From: Zygnema circumcarinatum SAG 698-1b
Lineage: Eukaryota; Plantae; Zygnematophyceae
DNA length: 64,000 bases
Direction of reading: 5' to 3'
Assembly: GCA_037447605.1 (NCBI GenBank)
Contig: CM074813.1
Span: 496,001-560,000 of the forward strand
Positions 50,809 through 64,000 of this stretch are shown here, in pieces. Positions within the stretch are counted from its first letter, which is position 1; each line of letters opens with the position of its first letter. A model generated the notes under the pieces. The model had not been told where the DNA came from. It searched no databases and saw only the letters and a list, made by a program, of their open reading frames with translations. The translations under genes were made by a program, and so were the position numbers.

Positions 50809-51430
50809 CCTCGCTCCTCCTCCTCCTGCGAGAGGCTCAGGGTTTAGGGTTTAAGGTTTAGGGTTCAGAGGCGCGGGGGAGGGCGGAGAGAGCTCGCAGA
50901 TCGCAGGTTTAGGGTTCAGCTCGCAATAGGTTTAGGGTTGGGGGGACCCATGGATCGCCAGTTCCGGTTTCGGCTTTCTATGTGGGCTGTCTATGTGTTG
51001 ACTGTTCCGTTAACGTTGGCCCGAACAGAATCTAGAGAAACCGGACGGCTGAAATCGGACGGAGGTCGATCGGACGGTCAAAAAAACTCCGTACAGTAAG
51101 TCTAGACACTTTTGGCCTATGGAACTGTTCGTCTGTACAGTTTCCGTAAAGTTCCTATGGAACCCGTTTAACCAGACTGAAACTGGCGCTGTTGCCAAAA
51201 TAGAACCCCAAACGGGAAGGGTTCAGAACTCGGAAGTCGAACCCACCGAGGCTTCCGACCTTCTCCAAGGCCTGCAGATTTTTCACCCTTCCTCCAAACC
51301 CCTCCCTGAACCCTCCCCCACTGCTCCCCCCCCCCCCCCTCTCTTCCATGCCTTCTCCTTAATCCTCTGTTTCTTGTTCATCCTTTGCAAAAAAATTGGC
51401 CTAGTTTGGAAAGCCAAGCGTTGACCCAAG

Positions 51431-54400
51431 ATGTCGCTGGCGTTCGATGAGTTCGGGCGGCCCTTCATCATCCTGCGCGAGCAGGAGCAGAGGGGCCGCG
51501 TGCGCGGGCTCGAGGCGCAGAAGGCGAACATTGCGGCGGCCAAGGCCGTGGCGCGCATCCTGCGCACCTCGCTGGGGCCCAAGGGCATGGACAAGATGCT
51601 GCAGACCGGCGACGGGGACGTCACCGTCAGTGAGCACCCACGCAGCAGCCTCATGGGAGGGGTTCAGGGTTCAGGGTTCAGGGTCAGTGTTCAGGGTTTA
51701 GGGTCAGTGTTCAGGGTTTAGGGTCAGTGTTCAGGGTTCGGGGTTCAGGGTCAGTGTTCAGGGTTCGGGGTTCAGGGTCAGGGATCAGCGTTCGGGGTTC
51801 AGGGGTTTAGGGTTCAGGGTGTAGGAATCAGGGTGTAGGGATCAGGGTTCAGGGTTCAAAGTGCAGAGTTCTGGGTTCAGGCTTCAAGGTTTAGGGGTCA
51901 GAGTTTCCAGGGTGTAGTGTTTAGGGTTCAGAGCGTAGGTGGTCGGGTTCAGGGTTGGGGGGTGTGGGGTGTAGGGTGAAGGGTTTAAGGCGTAGGTTTC
52001 AGGTTGTAGGATTCAGGGTGCAGGAAACTTGAGGCTGTAGGGTTCAGTATTGAGGGTTTAGGGTGGAGGGTTTAAGGTACAGGGTTTAGCCTTTAGAGTT
52101 CAAGTTGTGAGGACTGTGAGGTAGGGTTTAATCTTGAATGCTTATGACCTAGCGTTTAAGGAGTTCAGGGTTTCAGTTGACTTGCAATTCCTAAACTTGT
52201 ATTTGACATAAAGGACCTTGTCGGTTTCGATGCATTTCTCAGTATTCACATTCGCAAAGGCCTTTTTCCATAATTCGTCTCTCTTCCAATCAAATCCTCA
52301 CACCTTCAATGACACAACCCAAACAAAGAGCAGGACAGGAAGCATAAGGGACTCAGCGTGAACAACTTAATCATCTAATTTACTTTACGCTCTGAAGACC
52401 ATTGTAATTATTATTATTATTTTTCAGTATAGTCCAGGAAATCACCGTATGCCGTTACACTTAGACATCTCCAAGACTCTCCGAGGTTTTTTCTCTCCGA
52501 TGTGTTTCATTTTTTTGCTTTTTCACAGACTGATATTTCTTCTCTCCTTTCCTCTCCCCTCTTCTCCCTTCCCCCTCCCCCCCTCTTCCCCCCTTCCCTC
52601 TCCCCTTCCCCCATCCCACCCCTCTCCCTTCCTCATCCTTCCCTCCTCCCCCCCACCTTCCCTCCCCCCTCTTCCCCCCTTCCCTCTCCCCTTCCCCCAT
52701 CCCACCCCTCTCCCTTCCTCATCCATCCCTCCTCCTCCCCCCCCCTTCCCTTCCCCCCTCTTCCCCCTTCCCTCTCCCCTTCCCCCATCCCACCCCTCTC
52801 CCTTCCTCATCCAACCCTCCCCCCCCCCCTCCCCTCCATCCTACCCTCTCCCCCCCCCCCCCCCAGCCAACGACGGCGCCACGATCCTGGAGCAGATGGA
52901 GGTCGAGAACCAAATCGCGAAGCTCCTGGTGCAGCTCTCCCGCAGTCAGGACTTGGTCGTGGCAACCTGCCGAGTGAGTAGGTAGCCGCCCGAAGCCCTC
53001 ACCGGCGCAGAGGGCCTCCTCGGCGCGGCGTGCACTTTCCGGTGCCGCGTCAGCGGAGGAGAGCTACAGCGCGCCTGCGCCGTGCGCCAGTGGACGCCTG
53101 GCGCCATCGCGCAGCATTCCCACTTCAGGAAGGACAACCTTGAGCACTTCGTGCAGGCGTGCATGACCCGCGCTCTCTTCTAAGATATGTGAGTAGAAGT
53201 GAGGAAGAGAAGGAAGGAGGAGAAAGGAAAGGCAGAAGATAAGGAAGGGGAGAGAGGAGAAAGGAAGATGGAGAGAGGAGAAGAAGAGGAAGGGAGAAGA
53301 TAGAGGAAGAGGGAGGAGAGGAGAGGAAGAATGAAGGTGGAGGGGAAGGGGGAGGGAGGGAAGGGGAGGGAGGGGAAGGGGAGGAGGGGAAGGAGATGGG
53401 AAGGGGGAGGGAGAAGGGAGATGGGGGGAGGAGGGGGAGGGAAGGGGAGGGGAAGGGGGAGGGAGGGAGGGAGATGGGGCGAAGGGAAGGTGGAGAGGGA
53501 GGAGGGGGAGGGGATGGGGAGGAAAAGGGATATGGGAGGGAGGGGGTTGGAGGGAGGGAAGGGAGAAGGAAGGGGGTGGAGAGGAGGGTGGGGGGAGGAA
53601 GTGGGGTGGAGAAGAGGGGTGGGGAGGGAGGGGGAGGGGGAAGATGGAGGGAGGGGCCGGGGAAGGGGGAAGGAGGAGGGAGGGGGAAGGGGGTGAGTGG
53701 GGGGTGGGAAGGGAAAGGTGAGTTGCGCGAAAGTGGATTAGATGTCTGGTTTTGTCTCGTGGCTTGTGTCATCGAAAATGTGAGGGTTCAATTGGGAGAG
53801 AGGAGATGGTTTGGGGGTTGGGAGGAGCGAGGGAGGACAGAGGATTGAGGGGGGACTCTGGGGATTTGGGAGGAGGTCTTGGAGGGCTTCAAGAGTGGGG
53901 GGATGCACATATGTTTTTAGGCCGGAGAACTAGGGTTTTTACCCTATCAGCTGTGCATCTATCTTTCTTCTGTTACATTAAAAATTTGGCACCTCATCAG
54001 CCACTAGCAGGAAAAAGCGGTCATTTTGCAAATAATAATTTGTCCGTTTCCTCAACTCAATGAAAGCCACCCACAATCACTACCAACCCAACCCAACCCT
54101 ATCTCTCCCCAACCCTCTCCCGCAGAGTTGGCCGCTGCAAGCGCATGTTCGCGGAAATCGCAGTAAATGCAGTCGTTGCTGTTGCGGATTTAGAGAGACG
54201 TGACGTGAATCTTGACCTTATCAAGGTGGAAGGGAAGGTAGGGGGAAAGCTGGAGGATTCGGAGCTTATTAGTGGGATCGTGGTCGACAAAGACATGAGC
54301 CATCCTCAGATGCCAAAGCGCATAGAAAATGCAAAAATTGCCATATTAACTTGTCCATTTGAGCCCCCTAAGCCGAAGACAAAGCATAAGCTCGACATCG

Positions 54401-54794
54401 ACTCGGTGGAGAAGTTCAACTCTCTCAGAGAGTCGGAGAAGAAGTATTTCGACGAGATGGTGCAGCGCTGCAAGGTGAGGGAGGGAGAGGGAGGGAGAGT
54501 GGAGCGAGATGGAGGGAGGAGAGTGGAATGGTTGGGAGAGAGAGGGAAGGTGGCTGGACAAAACGGGAGATGAGAATTCAAACGAGTGGGTGCAAAATCT
54601 TGTGAAGTAGTTCTCGTTGTCTTCCCTTCCCCCTCTGCCCCTACCATCTTCCCCCTCTTCTCTCCTTCGTAACTCCTCCCCTCGTCCCCACCATCTGTCA
54701 CAAAGTCTCCTCCCTCTCTCTCCTTTTCACCACGTATGCTTTATGTTTGTATTTCCTGCTTCACGCCTTCACCCTCCTCTCCCCTCTCCCTCTG

Positions 54795-54825
<31 letters not shown>

Positions 54826-54982
54826 TCGGCAGGATGTTGGGGCGACCCTTGTGATCTGTCAGTGGGGCTTTGACGACGAGGCGAACCATCTCCTGATGCA
54901 CCGCGGCCTGCCAGCTGTCCGCTGGGTGGGGGGGGTCGAGCTCGAGCTCATCGCCATTGCCACAGGTGAAAGAAAATGAAAG

Positions 54983-55021
<39 letters not shown>

Positions 55022-55034
55022 GGAGAGGGATCGG

Positions 55035-55067
<33 letters not shown>

Positions 55068-58000
55068 GGAGAGGGAGAGAGAGAGAGAGAGGGACAGAGA
55101 TGGAGAGGGAGAGAGAGAGAGAGAGAGAGATAGGGGGAGGGAAGGAGAGAGAGGGCAAGAGCGAGAGGGGAGATGGGTTGAGGAAAGGGCAAAGTGTTGG
55201 GAAGTAGGAGAGGGAGAGGGAATGGCAGGAGGGAGATGATGAGAGTGTTACTCTCTCGTATGTGTATGTTCCTGCCTGAGATATTTGTGAGGTATCTTTT
55301 TCTGAAACAGGCGGACGCATAGTACCGAGGTTTCAGGACCTGACTTCAGACAAGCTTGGCACGGTACTGATTCTTACTTCAAGGCCTTTTTGGTAGTTTT
55401 AATTTCAAGGGTTTTGTTGTGGGACAAGGTCTATTTCGAGATTTTTTGATTCCTTGGAATTTAGTGTTTCTATTGCTTTGCGGCTTTTGGCTCTCTGCTT
55501 TTTTGAAGGTGTTGCTGTATACAAGGATTCAGTTAATTTAAAATGTTCTGTTCCATGCTATAGCACTCCGTTTCTCCGTTAATACTTACAGTTGACCGTT
55601 TTACTGAGAGAGCTGAGTATTTGGGAAGCTGCACGGAAATTTTGGGTTAAAGAAATTCGTATATTTGGTATCACCGTTAAATCAATAGGTGGACCAGAAA
55701 AGGAAACATCACTCGTTTATGTTCAGGACCCAAACACGATTTTCATTCCAAAAGTTTTTCTGGGGTATTTGTTTTGTTTGCTACGGGCAGGCCGGGCTGG
55801 TCAGAGAGAAAAGTTTTGGGACGACAAAGGATCGGATGCTGTACATTGAGAAGTGCAAAAATTCGCGGGCAGTCACAATTTTCATTCGCGGAGGTGAGAC
55901 TACTTTTCACCAACGCTTTGAAATTACAAATATCTTCGATTTTGGAGGTCTTTTTCTTCTATTGGTGTTCTGACGTGACGATCCGCGAGCTCTTTGTCGA
56001 AGAAGAACAATGTGGGCTTGTAAGCCTGTATAGAGAGGACAGGGGGAGAGGGAGAGGCAGAGGGAGAGAGTATGGGAAAGGAGAAGGAGAGGAGAGTGAG
56101 GAGTGGGAGAGCGAGAGGGAGAAGGACTGAGAGGGAGGCAAAAAAGGACAGTGAGGGGGAAGAGCGGCAGAGGGACAGCGAGTGGCACAAAGAGATGAAG
56201 AGGGAGAGAACTAGCGAGTGGGAGAGGCGGAAGGGAGAGCGCGAAGTGCCTGCATAGACTGAACCTAATAAATTCATACTTCCATCCTATTCCCAAAACT
56301 CTAACTCGAAGACCCTTAAAATCCTAAAATCCTCTCAAAACCCATGAACCCTATAAATGTTAACATTCCTCCCACCCCTCCCCTCCCCCCTCCCCCTCCC
56401 CTTCCCCACCCCTCCCCCTCCCCACCCCCCTCCCCCCCCCTCCCCCTCCCCCCCTCCCCCTCCCTCCCCCCCTCCCACCCCTCCCCCCTCCCCCCCTCCC
56501 CACCTCCCTCCCCCTCCCCCCCCCTCCCCCTCCCCCATCCCCCTCCCTCCCCTCCCCCTCCCCCCCCTCCCCTCCCCCCCCTCCCCTCCCCCCTCCCCTC
56601 CCCTCCCCTCCCCTCCCCCTCCCCCTCCCCTCCCCCCTCCCCCTCCCCCCTCCCCCCTCCCCTCCCCCTCCCCCTCCCCCTCCTCCCTCCACCCCTCCCC
56701 CTCCCCCCTCCCCTCCCCTCCCCTCCCCCCCTCCCCCTCTACCCCTCCCCCCCTCCCCCTCCCCACCTCCCCTCCTCCCCCCTCTCCCCTCTCCCTCTCC
56801 CACTCCCCCCCCTCCCCCTCCCCCCCTCCCCCTCCCTCCCTCCCCCCCTCCCCCCTCCCCCCTCCCCGTCCCCCCCCTCCCCTCCCCCCTCCCCCCCTCC
56901 CCCTCCCCCCTCCCCCCTCCCCCTCCCCCCTCCCCCTCCCCTCCCCCACCCCTCCCCCCCTCCCTCCCCCCCCCTCCACCTCCCCCTCCCCCTCTCCTCC
57001 CCCTCCCCCTCCCCCCCACCCTCCCTCCCCCTCCCCCCTCCCCCTCCCCTCCCCCTCCCCGTCCCCCCTCCCCCTCCCCCCTCCCCCTCCCCTCCCCCCC
57101 TCCCCCCCTCCCCCCTCCCCCCCTCCCCCTCCCCTCCCCCCTCCCCCTCCCCCTCCCCCTCCCCTCCCCCTCCCCCCTCCCCCCCTCCCCCCCTTCCCTC
57201 CCTCCCCGTCCCCTCCCCCTCCCCCCTCCCTCCCCCTCCCTCAGGCAACAAGATGATGATCGAGGAGACGAAGCGCAGCATCCACGACGCCCTCTGCGTG
57301 GCCCGCAACCTCGTGGCCGACAACCGCATCGTGTACGGAGGGGGCTCTGCGGAACTCGCCTGCGCGCTGGCGGTGGAGACGGAGGCGGACAAGGTCCCGG
57401 GAGTGGAGCAGGTGGGGGGGGGCTGCTGCTAGGCTAAGCTAAAGGCAGTTAGTCAGTTAGTCAGTTAGTTGAGTTAGTCAGTTAGGCAGTTAGTCAGTTT
57501 GTTGAGTTAGTTAGTTTGTGACTTAGTTAGATATTGGTTATTGCCTTGTCTGCTTTGCTGGTTCTGCTCTGCTGGTCCTGTTTCTTCCCGCCTGTTTCTG
57601 TAGAGTGTTTGACGGGGGGCGGAAGAGAATTGAAGTTTTAGAAGGAAAGGTGTCTGCTCGAACGGTCTTGGTTCTCACTTGAATAGATTGTTTCATGATG
57701 TTTTTGCTTTTTTCTTTTGTTTTGCAGTACGCCATGCGGGCCTTCGCAGAGGCGCTGGAGGCCATCCCGATGGCGCTCGCGGAGAACAGCGGATTGCCGC
57801 CCATTGACACGGTCGCAGCTGTCAAGGCTCAGCAAGTGAAGGTAACGCCCTCCCACATCCCCCACCGCCCCCTCCCCCTTTCCCCTTCCCCCCCTCCCCG
57901 CTCCCCCCTCCACCTCTCCTCCCTCCGCCCCCATCCTCCTCCCCCCTCCCTCCCCCCTTCCCCCCTCCCCCCCCCTTTCCNNNNNNNNNNCCCTTCTCCC

Positions 58001-58223
58001 TCCCTCTCCTCTCCTTCCCTCTCACTCCTCTCCCTCTCCCTCCCTGCAGGACAACTGCCCCTTCCTGGGCATCGACTGCAACGACGTGGGCACCTCCGAC
58101 ATGAGGGAGCAGAACGTGTTCGAGACGCTCCTCGGCAAAAGGCAGCAACTCCTTCTGGCCACGCAGGTGGTCAAGATGATCCTCAAAATTGATGACGTTA
58201 TCACCCCCTCGCAGTATGAATAG
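51431..58223 (+). CDS. CCT5: T-complex protein 1 subunit epsilon (CCT5); exon 2 sequence is corrupted
   Basis: [32 protein letters not shown]. Exons 51431-51629, 52867-53188 (frameshifted), 54126-54474, 54833-54965, 55311-55363, 55791-55893, 57245-57411, 57728-57841, 58050-58223, ending [21 protein letters not shown]. Confidence 0.95.
51660..52100. repeat. Telomere-like (TTCAGGG/TTTAGGG)n with a higher-order GTCAGTG spacer unit in CCT5 intron 1
   Basis: Visible gggttcagggttcaggg and ttcagggtttagggtcagtg units. Confidence 0.85.
56372..57240. repeat. (CCCCCT)n C-rich tract in CCT5 intron 6
   Basis: About 870 nt, almost only C/T. It is the source of the poly-Pro and poly-Gly ORFs. Confidence 0.95.
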
Positions 58224-59019
58224 TTGACGTCATCCCCACCCTCACCATCTTAAAAAAAATTGGAGAGCCTGTAAACCCTAAATGCTTGTTTCCCTGAAAA
58301 CCTTGGAGCACCGTTGCGTTCAGAAAAAGAGTGGGCAAGAAAGATAAGAGAGAGTGTGAGAGTGAGAGTGAGAAAGAGGAGAGCGAGAGAGGGAGAGAAC
58401 ACATTTTTTCTGTTCGTTGGCGACAGTTTTGATCGCTTTGAAGGATGTATGAGAATAAAGAGAACTCTTTCCCCCCCTCCCTTTCGTGCCCTTGGTCGTT
58501 TAAAAGCTTTCCTCATTTTTTTTGTCAGAATGATCAGTTTATGCCTAAGCATTAAAACCCTGAAAACTCTTAAATAAAAAGGAGAATGATACTGGTTGAT
58601 GCTGGGAAGAAATAGAAACCTTATAAGCGGAAAAGAGAACAACCAAAAGAGAGAAAGGCTGTCAGAAACCCTAAAAACTGTGGAAGCCCTGGAAACGTTA
58701 GAAGCCTAAAACTCTAAACCTTCAAACAAACGTCCAAAGGAGACAGGTCCAACGATAAACGAACAGTTCTATGCGAGGCAGAAACCAAATACAAACAAGA
58801 CAGTTTCAAAAATTAGATCAAGCATAGAATCGAATATGGTGCGGAATGTCCGCACAAAGTACAATATTACAATGTTGTACAATGTTCCATATCCACAAAC
58901 ATGGGAGTTATAATATGACACCACACCATGTGTTGGCGTACCTTCCAACACCACACGTGCAGAAACGCTACCCTGTAAACTCCGAATATGAACCGCAAAC
59001 CAGTAATCCTGAACCCTAC

Positions 59020-59345
59020 GACCTAAATCCTAAACCCTAAACCTATCCCTAGACCCTAAATGCAAAACCTTGAACCCTATACCCTTAACCCTAAAACCAA
59101 AATCCTAAACTATGAAACCCTAAACCCTGAACCCTACACTCTGTACCCAAACCGTAAACCCTGAATCCGAAACCCTGGACCCAAAACCCTAAACCCTAAA
59201 CCCTGAATCCCAAACCCTCACCCTGCACCCAACCCCCGAACCCCGAACCCGAAACCCGAAGCCGAAACCCTAATGCCCTAGGCCTCAAAGCCGAAACCCA
59301 GAAACCCTAAACTCTACACCCTGCACCCAAAACCCTAAACCCTAG
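59020..59345. repeat. Degenerate (CCCTAAA/CCCTGAA/CCCCGAA)n telomere-like tract between the convergent CCT5 and oxidoreductase 3' ends
   Basis: Visible aaaccctaaa and aaccctga runs. Confidence 0.85.
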
Positions 59346-59381
59346 GACCTAGTCTATTAGATGTGACACGCCCTACCCTTG

Positions 59382-63102
<3,721 letters not shown>

Positions 63103-63317
63103 CCGGCCCCGCCCCCTCTAAAGGGAGGGGCTCAGGGCTCAGGGCTCAGGGCTCAGGGCTCAGGGTTCAGGGTTCAGGGTTTAAGGTTTAGGGCAGGGCA
63201 GGCAGAGTAGCGGGCGGGGGTCCTTCCGCTTTCCAACGGCTCCAACGGCTTTAACGGCTTTAACGGTCATGTCGGGTTTTACGGCTCGCGAGTTTTCAGT
63301 GAGCACTCACTGTGTTC

Positions 63318-63901
63318 GTACACATGCCGTACCCTGCAATACAGTCAACAGTCCTCATATTTACCGCCTTGAGGAGTGCGTCCCCAAGAAATTCGCCCAG
63401 ATTTTGCCGAAACCACCTCTTTGTACGGTACCTTTGTGTTAGCCGTACTATTCGTACTGTTCGTACTAGCCGTACTAGCCGTACTAGCTGTACTAGCCGT
63501 TACGGGCTTACGCAGAAGTCACCTAATCTCCCCGCACGCGCCGCCGTAAGAGGCGCTCGCTTTTCTCCCCTCCTTCTTGGTTTCGATACGCTACGATACG
63601 TTACGGTACGATACGAAACGCCCCGATACGGTACTGTCCGTACTAGCCGTACGAGCTGTAGCTGCACGATACGATTCGATGCTAAACGATACAGTACGAC
63701 TCGGTACGGTACGATACGTACGGTCCAACATGAACTCTAACATAATACCGCCCGTCTATTGGTAACACGAACCTTATATATGCAAAATCAATATTTTCGC
63801 CTCATATTGGCCAAAACCAGGGTGGAAAATATGACCCCCTACTGTACTGTATGTCATGATGCGTGCCATGCCATACATGCCGAGCCGTACATTGTCCGTA
63901 C
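63318..63901. repeat. GTAC-dense tract with (CCGTACTAG)n and (TACGA/TACGG)n units upstream of the oxidoreductase gene
   Basis: 21 GTAC tetramers counted by eye in about 585 nt. Confidence 0.8.
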
Positions 63902-64000
63902 CATCCAGGCTCCATGTGGGGCAGTCCCGTGCACAGTTCAGGCGAACACTCCGTTGTGGAACTGCGCCGACTAGCGGCGTCTCCGTGTTCACACGTGCGG

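Noticed and set aside
56335-57432. Extensin- or formin-like poly-Pro ORFs
   Set aside because: They come from a (CCCCCT)n intron of CCT5; only 57245-57411 is a real exon.
51431-58223. CCT5 as a pseudogene
   Set aside because: Damage is confined to part of one exon and has the indel pattern of sequencing error; the other eight exons and their splice sites are intact.

Overview
Eukaryotic nuclear DNA with GT-AG spliceosomal introns, very long CT/GA and G/C-rich simple repeats, telomere-like tracts and seven 10-N scaffold gaps. The gene set (TOPLESS, ET/HRT, OSB with a PDF motif, plant-type QCR10, GH28) indicates a streptophyte; from intron and repeat style I infer a charophyte-grade alga, but this is not proven. 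I assembled 12 intron-containing genes by hand from splice sites. Well supported: TOPLESS (25 exons, minus strand), proteasome beta-6, an ET-family GIY-YIG protein, mitochondrial ferredoxin, two organellar SSB paralogues, a GH28 polygalacturonase-like gene, QCR10, CCT5 and a Gfo/Idh/MocA oxidoreductase. Tentative: an 80-aa B12D/NDUFA4-like gene and a 182-aa dehydrin-like gene. The most interesting items are: (1) that head-to-head pair, which shares a promoter with 13 G-box/ABRE-like ACGT elements and is a candidate desiccation or stress module; (2) a bacterial-type oxidoreductase that has gained six introns, an N-terminal signal-anchor and three N-glycosylation sequons; (3) an ET GIY-YIG gene; (4) a locally duplicated SSB pair in which one copy lacks the PDF motif; (5) a GH28 with altered catalytic motifs; (6) homotypic arrays of TF-like motifs and telomere-like repeats, some inside coding exons. 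Two exact duplications at N gaps and one indel-rich CCT5 exon look like assembly artefacts. No database searches were run; family assignments come from recalled motifs.
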